A DNA stretch of 64,000 nt, taken from positions 617,130-681,129 of the forward strand of contig JBGASG010000002.1 of assembly GCA_044229845.1 (NCBI GenBank). Direction: 5' to 3'. The stretch comes from Candidatus Obscuribacteraceae bacterium (GTDB lineage Bacteria > Cyanobacteriota > Vampirovibrionia > Obscuribacterales > Obscuribacteraceae). Made by a program: the position numbers and the translations under genes. Positions within the stretch are counted from its first letter, which is position 1. Each line of letters opens with the position of its first letter. Shown in pieces: positions 29,680 through 39,129 of the stretch. Below the pieces are notes generated by a model. The model saw only the letters and a list, made by a program, of their open reading frames with translations, did not search any database and was not told where the DNA came from.

Positions 29680-30731
29680 TCAAACTGACTATCAATAATG
29701 TGAAGGTGCTGTTCATCAAGGCTTTTACAGCCGAGGATGTACAGACCATTTTGCATTTCGTCAGGGAAGCGGGCAGCTTTGCCAGGGGCACCGAGCCCAC
29801 GGTTTTGTTTATCGACACGCCAATCACCTCTGCGACGGTGGAAGCGGTGGAGAAACTAAAACGAGAGCGCTTTAGAGTGGTGTTTCGCGATCACCACTAT
29901 GTCGATGGAGAACCCCGAAACGATCGCGAGCGTCAAGTGGTGGCGGCAGCCGCGAAGCTGAAGAATTTGCTGCAAGACGACTGCGAAATCACGGTTAGGA
30001 AACTGCACCCGGCTTGCAGTACGCTGGTTGAAGTCGGCGAATTCGCGCACGCGGTGGCGATTGTTGCTGACCCTGACGCCGATGGGCTGACGGCCGCCAT
30101 GAAGGCTGCCGGTGTTTACTATGAAGGCTTAGATGAAGATGCGGCCAAGCTCGACAGCGAACCGCAACTGCAAGTAACCGGCACGCCGATCAGTCAACTG
30201 CTCGCCAAAGGCATCGCCGTGATTCCTTCCTATGACTCAGCAAATCCGAAAGAACGCGAGATTGCTCATCAGTATCTTTTTGAAGATTGGGTGAAAGCAG
30301 TCACAGGCAACGAACAGGCACTGCAACGCTTGAACGAACGCGTTGCGTTGTACGACGAGGCTGTAACTGTTGCACAAACGCTGGCAAGCACAGCGGAGAC
30401 AGTTGCACCAGGAGTGGTGCTGGTCGACGTTGCACACAAACCTCTGTACGATCCGGGCACCCTGAATGCCCTTATGGAGAGCCTTGCAGGAACGAGTATA
30501 ACGGTCGTTCGCAAGTCTCTAGGACCAATTGCAGCTCTGCACGGTATTCAATACAGCCTGGCGGTGGTTAAGTCTGAGCAAGCTCGAGTAGATTTACAAA
30601 ATCTGGTGCCTACGCACGCTAAATCCGATCCTGAAGGTGGCATCATTTCCAATGTCTCATTTCTGCTGCATGTATCTGAAGATATTTGGCAGCGTACTGT
30701 TCTGCCACTATTGCGCAACGGTCGAGTTTAG
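29676..30731 (+). CDS. Hypothetical protein with DHH-phosphoesterase-like motifs
   Basis: ATGA overlap with the TSUP stop; LFIDTP, FRDHH, IVADPDADG. Confidence 0.7.
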   Translation: MIKLTINNVKVLFIKAFTAEDVQTILHFVREAGSFARGTEPTVLFIDTPITSATVEAVEKLKRERFRVVFRDHHYVDGEPRNDRERQVVAAAAKLKNLLQDDCEITVRKLHPACSTLVEVGEFAHAVAIVADPDADGLTAAMKAAGVYYEGLDEDAAKLDSEPQLQVTGTPISQLLAKGIAVIPSYDSANPKEREIAHQYLFEDWVKAVTGNEQALQRLNERVALYDEAVTVAQTLASTAETVAPGVVLVDVAHKPLYDPGTLNALMESLAGTSITVVRKSLGPIAALHGIQYSLAVVKSEQARVDLQNLVPTHAKSDPEGGIISNVSFLLHVSEDIWQRTVLPLLRNGRV

Positions 30732-30886
30732 CTCTTCCGCAAACAGCTCCCCATGCCGCTTTTCGCATGCATGTTTTTACGCACCGTTAACATAGAGATA
30801 CTCATCGCGGAATACCCGAGCGAATGTAGGAATTTCCATGTTAGAACTCTGTAAGTCACATGCCACCACCCTGCCTGAGGTGCTCC

Positions 30887-31648
30887 ATGAAGCGCTCCCT
30901 TTGTGCCGCTTTAGCAACTTTTGCCGCCCTGATTCCGCTGAGCCTGAGCGCTGTTGCACAAGTTGGTATTCCATTTAGTATCAATCCTTTCGACACGTCA
31001 CACTTCATGGACATGGAGTCAGCGCGTCGCACAGCTGCAATTTCTTCTGCTGAGATGGCGGAAAAGTTTCTTCGCGAAAAACAAGCTGTGCAAAAGGTCG
31101 CGCAGAAGCGCACCAAAACTATGCGCCTGCAGATGGCCAAGAGCGCTTTGATGACCGCCAAGCGCATGCACAGCAATGGCTGGTGCTACAAGGGAGTCAC
31201 CGATGCGCTGAAACCACTGGGCGTTGAATTATCTGGTCCCGCCGCGTACATGGCGAAGGATCTTCTGCAAAATGATCCGCGCTTCCAGCCTGTGCGCATT
31301 GAAGATCCGACACAGTTGCACCCCGGCGATCTGATTGTCCACGGACCCACCGGCAGCCATCCCTATGGACACATCGCCGTCTACCTCGGCAACAATCACG
31401 AGGCAAGCGATCATGTGCAAAAAGTTGTGCTCAATGCAATTGGACCGTACAGCTATTCAGTCGTGTTCCGTTACGACGAGGGCTTGATTGCCGAGAGCAC
31501 CGTCGATGTCGAAAGCACTGAAGTGGTTCCCGCAGAAGATAGCGTCAGCGGAGAGAACAACACTACCGCCGATGGTCTCGATGCGTTCGAGCAAGTGACC
31601 AGTGAACCCGCTGATCTTCTGGACTTCGTCTTGCCGGAGCGCGGATAG
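30887..31648 (+). CDS. Exported CHAP/NlpC-P60-like cysteine amidase
   Basis: Signal peptide; GWCYKGV (Cys), PGDLIV, PYGHIAVY (His), EASDH. Confidence 0.75.
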   Translation: MKRSLCAALATFAALIPLSLSAVAQVGIPFSINPFDTSHFMDMESARRTAAISSAEMAEKFLREKQAVQKVAQKRTKTMRLQMAKSALMTAKRMHSNGWCYKGVTDALKPLGVELSGPAAYMAKDLLQNDPRFQPVRIEDPTQLHPGDLIVHGPTGSHPYGHIAVYLGNNHEASDHVQKVVLNAIGPYSYSVVFRYDEGLIAESTVDVESTEVVPAEDSVSGENNTTADGLDAFEQVTSEPADLLDFVLPERG

Positions 31649-31658
31649 CGTTTCTTCC

Positions 31659-32774
31659 TCAAATGCGCTTCGTGAAATTGCCGGCATAGCCCGTCATTTC
31701 GACATATGCATCACCGGTGATGGCTTTGCCTTTCGCGGTACCAGTCACCTTGCAGCTGCCTTCCCAGTATGTGACGCCCGTAGATTTCGCCGTCACCAGC
31801 TCTTGTTGTTGCATAACAGGAGTTAGGTTGAACGTGGCATCCAGCGATGGCACCGCGACCTTCCAGCCCATCGGATAGGTGGCACTCGAAGTCGGGCTCT
31901 TCCAGGTAGACAATGGCGCGATCTTGTAGTCACTCAGGGCTAGGTGTTTGGTGGTACCGTCAGGATATATGATCGTTCCGGACGAGTTCGGATCGAAGCC
32001 GCCACTCTTGCGACGCATCACATAAAACATCAATTCGATATTGTTATCGAGTTGCACGCTGTACCAGTCCCAGCCGACCTGCTCCTCGGTCAGTTGGTTA
32101 CTGCCGAACTCGTGATCCATCCAGGTGACACCCGTGACGGGAATCTGCTCTTTGCCGATTGTAATGGTGCCTACGGTATCCATATGAGTCAGCGAATAGT
32201 AATGCGAAGCGCATCCCTTGCAATTGGCCTTCTGACTGACGCCATTAACTCCATGCAAAATGGCAGGCTTCTTTGACGTCAGGCGCAGGTCGATGGAATA
32301 GGCAGGCGATCCCGAAGCGCCGGGAGAGCCAGCCTTGAGATGATGTGAATTGCCCTCCAACTGCGCAGACCAATCTCCATTTATGACGTGGTAACGCTTT
32401 TCGTCGGTCGCTGCCAGCGAGAGCGCCGGACGGTTCATCTTTTCATCGAAGAAGAAACGATTATTCTTTTCGTCGGTGACGGCAAAGTGCGCCGAATGCA
32501 CCTCGGTGAGTGCCCATGCGGACTGGGGCATTTCATCGAGGTCGACGCCAAATCGGAAAAACGTCAACTCATATCCAAACTTGCGACCATCTTTAGATCG
32601 CAAATGACCAGTGTAGTACCACCATTCGGTTTTGAAGGCTTTGTGCGCAGCATGGTCGGCGGGAAACTGATATTTGTACCCGGGCAAAGCCAGGCGCCAG
32701 GACTTTGTTGCCGCCGGCGCGGCAGCTTGTGCCACCACCAGCGCCAGGCAAAGAACTGCGAGCAGCAATTTCAT
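31659..32774 (-). CDS. AttH/CrtC-like secreted hydrolase (lipocalin-like domain)
   Basis: FPADH...TEWWYYTG...YELTFFR...WMDHEF...GWDW...YWEG...YVEMTGY. Confidence 0.92.
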   Translation of the reverse strand: MKLLLAVLCLALVVAQAAAPAATKSWRLALPGYKYQFPADHAAHKAFKTEWWYYTGHLRSKDGRKFGYELTFFRFGVDLDEMPQSAWALTEVHSAHFAVTDEKNNRFFFDEKMNRPALSLAATDEKRYHVINGDWSAQLEGNSHHLKAGSPGASGSPAYSIDLRLTSKKPAILHGVNGVSQKANCKGCASHYYSLTHMDTVGTITIGKEQIPVTGVTWMDHEFGSNQLTEEQVGWDWYSVQLDNNIELMFYVMRRKSGGFDPNSSGTIIYPDGTTKHLALSDYKIAPLSTWKSPTSSATYPMGWKVAVPSLDATFNLTPVMQQQELVTAKSTGVTYWEGSCKVTGTAKGKAITGDAYVEMTGYAGNFTKRI

Positions 32775-34174
32775 TTGTGATCCGCCGATTTGGTTTGCGA
32801 AATCGAGCAGGTATCGCTGAAGCGCAGGTCGTCGCCGTTCCAGGTGCGTTTCATGACTGGAGTTTGTTCCTGCATGCGGTCATCGAGAACTTCCTCTTCA
32901 ACGCGCGTGCGCAGAGCATCGAAGGCCTGCGCCAGAGACGTCTGCGCGCCCTTGCAAGTAAGGCTCTCGATCAGCTGCCTCGTGAATACGCTATTGGGAT
33001 ACTTCTTCGACTCCCAGGAAAGTTGATTAGCTAGGCTTGAACAAATGAAGATCTGTCCCTGACGTGGTGTCACATTCATGACATCGAACGTCGCGGTGGA
33101 ACGCGAGCGCGCCAGCCCCTTGTTGCCGGGGTCTGAGCTGGAGTCGGCGCTGCTGTCCGTCGCAGTCGAATGCGCAGGCCCGACGGCGGTGGCAGCACCA
33201 CTGTGACAAACATCGAGAAACACGACAACGCGGTCACTCTGAATCTCCTCTTCGATGATCTGGGAAAACCATTCCATTGGAATGCCGTTGGCTAGCAGAT
33301 TGCGCGCGTTGGCATCGTAAGGCAGAAGGAAGTTGAGCGGAATGGACGACTTCGAATCGGCACCACCGTGACTGGAGACGTAGATGACGACCAGGTCGTT
33401 CTTCTTCGCCTTGCCCAAAAATCCCTCACCGACAGCATCGACAATATTGCTGCGATTGGCGTCGGCATCGGTGAGCAGTTTGACATGATCAGATTTGAAG
33501 TTGGCGCTGCCGGTGAGAAACTGTGCGAAGTCGGTCGCATCCTTGGCTGCGTACTTCAAACTGATCGCCGGGTCTTTGAATTGACTGACGCCAATCACCA
33601 GAGCCCACTTATCTTCAACCGGCGCGGACGCTGTGGCGGCTGCTTCTCCCTTCATCATAGTGACAACCGGGTTTTTCATAATCTCCATCGGCGGTGCACT
33701 GGGCATCGTCGATTTGATCTGCATAGCGCGATCTTCTATCGCCGCCGCTTTTTCAGGCGCGACCTTCTTGTAGATCTTGTTCAACAGATCGAGGTCGCGT
33801 CCCGCCTGGCAAGAATCTTTGCCGAACAGCTTTTCGTCAATCGCCAGCGCTCGCTTAGCCTGACTGTCGGCCTCGTGATACTGGCAGGCATCGAAGCTGT
33901 TGCGCGCCAACTGAACCATCACTTTAGCCACCTGTTCGCTTTCGGCACCAAAAACTTTCTCACGGGCCGCCAGCACTTTGAGCAGGATCTGCCGAGAATC
34001 TTCAAACTTACCCTGGCGACTGCGTTGCTCGGCCAGGACGCACCTGTCGTCCGCGGCGGCCGAGTCGAGCACGCCGGTTGGCGATGCCGCAGCACCGCCA
34101 ACTGGCAGCGCAGCAAACAAGATCGATGCGGCAAGCAAAGTGGAAAGCGATGTTTTCACGTGCCTGAATCCCAT
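32771..34174 (-). CDS. Exported TPR plus caspase-family (C14) peptidase
   Basis: Signal peptide, TPR-like helices, KWALVIGVS, YVSSHG (His), FLDVCHSG (Cys), SVFTRQL. Confidence 0.9.
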   Translation of the reverse strand: MGFRHVKTSLSTLLAASILFAALPVGGAAASPTGVLDSAAADDRCVLAEQRSRQGKFEDSRQILLKVLAAREKVFGAESEQVAKVMVQLARNSFDACQYHEADSQAKRALAIDEKLFGKDSCQAGRDLDLLNKIYKKVAPEKAAAIEDRAMQIKSTMPSAPPMEIMKNPVVTMMKGEAAATASAPVEDKWALVIGVSQFKDPAISLKYAAKDATDFAQFLTGSANFKSDHVKLLTDADANRSNIVDAVGEGFLGKAKKNDLVVIYVSSHGGADSKSSIPLNFLLPYDANARNLLANGIPMEWFSQIIEEEIQSDRVVVFLDVCHSGAATAVGPAHSTATDSSADSSSDPGNKGLARSRSTATFDVMNVTPRQGQIFICSSLANQLSWESKKYPNSVFTRQLIESLTCKGAQTSLAQAFDALRTRVEEEVLDDRMQEQTPVMKRTWNGDDLRFSDTCSISQTKSADHK

Positions 34175-34274
34175 GAAGAGCCCCCCGTGTTGGAGACAAC
34201 GATAGCCAAGTCAGTTGTAAGCCCTTCGCCCTTCATTCTACGCTATCAAGTGGAAGCTTGCATGAACCCACCAC

Positions 34275-36851
34275 CTACTCGTCCCGAACGACTTCCGGGG
34301 CGGGCGTTGCCGCCGCCAGCTGCGCTGGGAAAAGCCCCGAGAGAATCGAGCAAGCCATGATCAAAGCAAACGACTGCACCAGGAAATCGACCGGCACCGC
34401 GAACTGAATCGTCCAGCCGAACGACTGTTTGTTAATCACATCAATCAACAGCATCGAGAGCCCCATGCCGACCACCACGCCAGACACGGCTCCGCACAAT
34501 CCAAGAATCGCCGCCTGCGACAAGACAATCTGCCGCAAGTTGCCGGCGCTGGTGCCCAGATATTTGAGGATGCCGAAGTCCCGGCGCATCTCGAGCGTCA
34601 GCGCGAACAATGCGTTCATGACGCCGAGAATCGCCACTGTGATAGCAATCGCGTGCAGCGCATAAGTTATCGCAAACGTATTGTCGAAGACGCGCAGAAC
34701 GCTGGCTTTCAGTTCTTTGTTGGTGCGAATGTTGAGCAGGCTGTCGGTGCCAATCGCATCATAAATGCGCGAGCGAACCGTGTCGCCGTCCAGTGAAGGA
34801 TCAATCCAGATCGCCACCGTGGTCGAATACCGGTCGTCGTAATGGCGAGCGAACTCCTCGCGGTCGATAATCACATAGCCGAGGTCGCTGACATAGTCAT
34901 AATAGATTCCCTCCACTGGTGCCGCCAGTTCGCCGCGAGGAGTCTGCAGTTTGACTACGTCACCCTTGTGCAAGTTATGCCTGGCGGCAAAGCTCTCCGT
35001 GACGATCGCACCATGATTGGCGCGCAGCCGGTTGAGCACCACAGATGATGGCTCTCGATCAAGAAACATCAAGTTGCCGCGGCGTGCCATTACCTGCATC
35101 TCGCCGGAACCCAGAAAGGCGGGCGCACCTTCGTATTCGATTGGAAACTCCACAAATTCGTCGACATCAATCACACCGGGCACGTGACGCATCTTCTCCA
35201 CCACCTCATGGGACAGCGAGCCGGTGCGGTTGCTGTAGCGACGCGCCACGGGTTCGATAAACAGGTCGGCTTTCAGAGACTGTTGCGTCCAGGCAATGAC
35301 CGTCTCGCGAAAACTACCGATCATTACAGCCAGGCTGACCATCATGGCGATGCCGACCATCAGGGATGAAACAGCCACGGACGTTCTGCCAAGTGTTCCG
35401 AACAGACTGAGCGCCGCCAGTCGAGGCAGGTTTGCCCCCAGTTTCTGCAAAATAGATGCCGTTGCGCGCAAGAACCATTTCAGAATCAGCGGCATCACGA
35501 AGGCGACGGCAAATACAGAGAGAGCCGCCGCGCAATAGCCGAACAGCGGAAATCCGTTGACCGCAGGCTGCTTGCCGCAGATGAATGCCACCACGCCCAG
35601 TATGACGCCGATCGTGCCAAGAAACTTCAGCGACCCGCGCACTCGCGACTCGTAGGCGCCGCGCCTCGATGCCTCGGCGGCGGTAACCGTTGATGCCTCC
35701 AGAGCCGGTGCCAACGCGGCGACCGCGGTCATCAATAGACCGCCGGCAAACGCGAGCGAAATCGCCGTAGGATCCAAAACGATCTGCGCGGGCGGCTGGT
35801 CGACATACAGCGCCTGCACCGTGCGTGATACCGCCTTCACCGCATACTGAGCGCCGGCGATGCCCAGTGCAATGCCCAGCGACGAGCCGACCAGTCCGAG
35901 CACGACTGCCTCACTCAGGAAAAGCGAAAAGATTGTCAACCGGGGCAAACCGAGCACACGCATGGTGCCTATTTCAGGGCGACGGCGAATGACCGCGATC
36001 GACATGGTGTTGTAGATGACGAACATGCCGACGACGACGGCAATCAGACTGAGTGCCGCCAGGTTGTATTGAAAGGCGCGCACCATCTTTTCGATTTGCT
36101 CGCTGCGTCGCTGCGGCGCGTCGACCGCCACGCCGGGCGGCAGCAAACTTGAGATTTTCTGAACGAACTCCGCGCGCCTGTCTTCAGGGACAATCAAATC
36201 GATGCGAGACAGACGCCCTTGCATGGCGAAGGCATCTTGCGCACCGGAGATGTCCATGGCAACGATGTTGCCTCCGAAAGCCTTCCCGGGTCCCTCAAAC
36301 TGAAGGATGCCTGCGACGGCGCAGTTCTGTTCATGGTCGCTGAGCACCAACGGAAACTGCTCGCCAACCTTCAGACCGAAGCGCTGCGCAAGTTTCTCAC
36401 CGACATAAATGCGATTGCGGTCGAAGATGGCGAAGTCGCTGAGTTTCTCCCCCTGCGGAGCCATAGTCATGACCCGAAAATCCGAGTCGCCGAACATATC
36501 AACGCCAAGCACCTGAACCAGCTCGGGCGAGTCGCGGCGAATCACACCGATCTCGTCGATCACCGGGGCGAACTTCAGGCCTTCGGCGCGCAGGGGAAGC
36601 AGCTTGTCGATGATGTGTTCGTCGATGCCGGGTGCGTTGGCTGTATGTATCTCGAGATTGGCTTTGCCGGCAACAATGTCGACGCCTTCGCGAAACTGGT
36701 GCAGCGCGGCACCATTAGCTAAGTTGATGGCGAGAATCACACCAACACCAAGAGCGATACCAATCACGGTGAGCACGGTGCGAGCGATGTTGTGCTGCAA
36801 ATGGCGAACGATGAATTTGTTGAGAAGCCAGATGAGCAATCTTAGATTCAA
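34275..36851 (-). CDS. ABC transporter permease, FtsX/MacB-like (AttFG-like)
   Basis: RTVLTVIGIALGV, RRPEIGTMRVLG, duplicated architecture, INKQSFGWT. Confidence 0.93.
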   Translation of the reverse strand: MNLRLLIWLLNKFIVRHLQHNIARTVLTVIGIALGVGVILAINLANGAALHQFREGVDIVAGKANLEIHTANAPGIDEHIIDKLLPLRAEGLKFAPVIDEIGVIRRDSPELVQVLGVDMFGDSDFRVMTMAPQGEKLSDFAIFDRNRIYVGEKLAQRFGLKVGEQFPLVLSDHEQNCAVAGILQFEGPGKAFGGNIVAMDISGAQDAFAMQGRLSRIDLIVPEDRRAEFVQKISSLLPPGVAVDAPQRRSEQIEKMVRAFQYNLAALSLIAVVVGMFVIYNTMSIAVIRRRPEIGTMRVLGLPRLTIFSLFLSEAVVLGLVGSSLGIALGIAGAQYAVKAVSRTVQALYVDQPPAQIVLDPTAISLAFAGGLLMTAVAALAPALEASTVTAAEASRRGAYESRVRGSLKFLGTIGVILGVVAFICGKQPAVNGFPLFGYCAAALSVFAVAFVMPLILKWFLRATASILQKLGANLPRLAALSLFGTLGRTSVAVSSLMVGIAMMVSLAVMIGSFRETVIAWTQQSLKADLFIEPVARRYSNRTGSLSHEVVEKMRHVPGVIDVDEFVEFPIEYEGAPAFLGSGEMQVMARRGNLMFLDREPSSVVLNRLRANHGAIVTESFAARHNLHKGDVVKLQTPRGELAAPVEGIYYDYVSDLGYVIIDREEFARHYDDRYSTTVAIWIDPSLDGDTVRSRIYDAIGTDSLLNIRTNKELKASVLRVFDNTFAITYALHAIAITVAILGVMNALFALTLEMRRDFGILKYLGTSAGNLRQIVLSQAAILGLCGAVSGVVVGMGLSMLLIDVINKQSFGWTIQFAVPVDFLVQSFALIMACSILSGLFPAQLAAATPAPEVVRDE

Positions 36852-37531
36852 ACTCGCTGCTCCTGTGCCACCACTTTTCCATCCCGCATGCGAATGATGC
36901 GCGATGCGTAGCCGGCAGCTTCCTCGCTATGCGTAGCCATCAATATGGTGATGCCGGAGTCGCGGTTGGTATCGCGCAGCAAGTCGAGAATCGCCTTGCC
37001 GGTGTCCGTATCGAGGTTGCCGGTTGGTTCATCGGCTAGCAGTACCATCGGTTTGTGAATCAGCGCGCGCGCAATGGCGGTACGCTGCATTTCGCCGCCA
37101 GACAGCTGCGCCGGGAAGAAACCTGCGCGATGGCTCATGCTGACACTCTCCAGCATGGATTTGACGCGCGCCGCGATGTCAGTGTGCGACAGTCCGCGTC
37201 CGATCTCCAGCGGCAACGCCACGTTTTCTGAGACCGTCAGGGTGCTGAGCAGGTTGAAGAATTGGAAGACGAAACCGATCTTGGTGCGTCGCAACTCGGT
37301 GGTTGCGGAATCATCCAGTGTGCTGACGTCTTGCCCGTTTAAGGAAACCGAGCCGGCGGACGGGCGGTCGATGCCGGCGACCATGTTAAGCAGGGTGCTT
37401 TTGCCACAGCCGCTGGGACCCATGAGAGCCACGAATTCGGCTGCTTCAACGTCGAAGCTCACCCCGGAGAGCGCCTGCACCTGGTGCTCTCCATAACTCT
37501 TTGCGACCTCTTTGAGCTGGATGAATGTCAT
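36848..37531 (-). CDS. ABC transporter ATP-binding protein (LolD/AttE-like)
   Basis: GPSGCGKST, LSGGEMQR, LLADEPTGNLD; start at the ATG at 37531. Confidence 0.96.
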   Translation of the reverse strand: MTFIQLKEVAKSYGEHQVQALSGVSFDVEAAEFVALMGPSGCGKSTLLNMVAGIDRPSAGSVSLNGQDVSTLDDSATTELRRTKIGFVFQFFNLLSTLTVSENVALPLEIGRGLSHTDIAARVKSMLESVSMSHRAGFFPAQLSGGEMQRTAIARALIHKPMVLLADEPTGNLDTDTGKAILDLLRDTNRDSGITILMATHSEEAAGYASRIIRMRDGKVVAQEQRV

Positions 37532-37629
37532 CAATCTGCGGCGTTTTTCGGGGGACCGGGGCGGTTGCACGATTCATGATAAACCCAAGGAGGGAACTCT
37601 GGGTGAATCCTGCCGGGGCGGATAAAGCC

Positions 37630-37935
37630 TCAGCCTCGCGCAGCCAGGCGCCTGCGAATGATTGCAGATAGTCCCCGATATGTCGTTGCGTCCTTCGACT
37701 GCGGCTCCAGCAAAAGTGCGAGATTGTCATAAGCTGTTGCCATCTGCTCACTAATGAGGCCATGTTTTTCGTGAATCTCATCGATTGCTTCAAAATACAG
37801 GGTCTCTGCTTTGAGCCACATACCATCTGTGGCAGCATCGAGCACGACTGATTCGCGCTGCGCAAATCCCGCTATGCAACGCCAAGCAGACAGGCGACGC
37901 GACGTGGTTTCACCGGATGGATCGATAGTGTTCAT
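37630..37935 (-). CDS. Small TPR-like hypothetical protein
   Basis: AETLYFEAI...MATAYDNLALLL resembles kinesin-light-chain-type TPR. Confidence 0.55.
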   Translation of the reverse strand: MNTIDPSGETTSRRLSAWRCIAGFAQRESVVLDAATDGMWLKAETLYFEAIDEIHEKHGLISEQMATAYDNLALLLEPQSKDATTYRGLSAIIRRRLAARG

Positions 37936-38462
37936 AGAACCATTGTATGTCTCAGACGGAAGCTATGGAGCGCAAAGCGCGATCAAGTTTCCAACCTGTT
38001 TTGTTGGAAATCACACGACACACTCTTTTTTGTAGTCACCATCTGTGATACCGCTGCTGAGTTGAAGTGCTCGGGCACATATTCGCATCACGCAATGACC
38101 CGCTTTCTCCCCGTTGACTTGCTCAACACCGGGCGTGAAATTTCAATCACATTCTTGAGCGCAATCGTCGTCAAGTTTGACTGCAGCCAACTTCTCAGTC
38201 GCTCAGAGCTTCAACTGCACTCCTTTCGACAGACTTTGTGGCTGAAGGTCCGCTACCACTCACTCTTGTAGTTGAACCGTCACAATGAAGGCTAAGCCCA
38301 CCCCTTACTTTCCTTACAGGCTTTCTGTTCCAAAAGAATGCGCAGGCATCTAGCGCAGTTAGGACCTTTCGGCTAAGGTAGAAATATCGGCTCATCAAAG
38401 CTGGACGTCGGCCCTCTGTTGTCGACCAACAACGTTCCTCGTCCAGAGCACCAGACTCTAAG

Positions 38463-38478
38463 GCACCATATATGGTGC
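38463..38478. promoter_or_regulatory. Perfect 16-bp palindrome, possible operator for the AbrB-like gene
   Basis: GCACCATATATGGTGC, 60 bp upstream of the ATG at 38539. Confidence 0.5.
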
Positions 38479-38538
38479 TACTCGCCCTGCCTCGCAAAAT
38501 AAACTTCTCCCCTAACAGAGCAGACATAAACATCATTC

Positions 38539-38817
38539 ATGCCAGACCTTTCTTCGATAAGAAGTCTCACAGTCACCAGCAAGGGGCAAGTCACGCTTTC
38601 CTCAACCGCACGCAAACAGCTAGGCATCGAGCAGGGCACCGGTTTGATAGAAGTGATTGTCGGTGACTGCCTGGTGTTGCTCCTCGAGTCTACCGTCATC
38701 GAACGGATCAGCAGTGACGCACAGGACGCCGCCAAAACAGTCAACGAGCATTTAGAAACCATCGTAGCCGAAGCGCGAAAGCAGCGAGCAAGCGACGGCA
38801 ACTCCTCCCACGAATAG
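38539..38817 (+). CDS. AbrB/MazE/SpoVT-family DNA-binding protein
   Basis: TVTSKGQVTL...RKQLGIEQG swapped-hairpin signature. Confidence 0.8.
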   Translation: MPDLSSIRSLTVTSKGQVTLSSTARKQLGIEQGTGLIEVIVGDCLVLLLESTVIERISSDAQDAAKTVNEHLETIVAEARKQRASDGNSSHE

Positions 38818-38834
38818 CGGGGCCGGCGGCACTT

Positions 38835-39083
38835 ATGGTACCCCTGAGCTTAGAGCAGCTTTTGCAGTTGGCCGCGGAAAGCGAGTCCAACAATGACCCG
38901 CTCAAGACCGAGGAGTACTTCCAGGAAGCTGTTAGCGCGGCAATCAAGAACGAGGATCCTCTCCAACTCCAGCAAGCTTACCGGCAATTTGCAGCCTTCT
39001 TGCGCAGACAGAAACGCGAGGACGAAGCGATCACACTGGAGAAGATTGCAGAGGTCTGCTCGAATCGTCGCATAGATCATTAG
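38835..39083 (+). CDS. Small TPR-like hypothetical protein
   Basis: EEYFQEAV...AYRQFAAFLRRQKREDEAITLE. Confidence 0.55.
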   Translation: MVPLSLEQLLQLAAESESNNDPLKTEEYFQEAVSAAIKNEDPLQLQQAYRQFAAFLRRQKREDEAITLEKIAEVCSNRRIDH

Positions 39084-39129
39084 GTTAGACGGATCGGATC
39101 GGCGTAAGTGAGCGCTTGCTTTAAGCACA

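Noticed and set aside
38195..38536. 113-aa minus-strand ORF as a toxin partner for the AbrB-like gene
   Set aside because: Divergent orientation, no toxin motif and no clear ribosome-binding site
38850..39128. 92-aa minus-strand ORF as a real sixth kinase
   Set aside because: Only the first five codons match the array; the rest is antisense to the small plus-strand ORF
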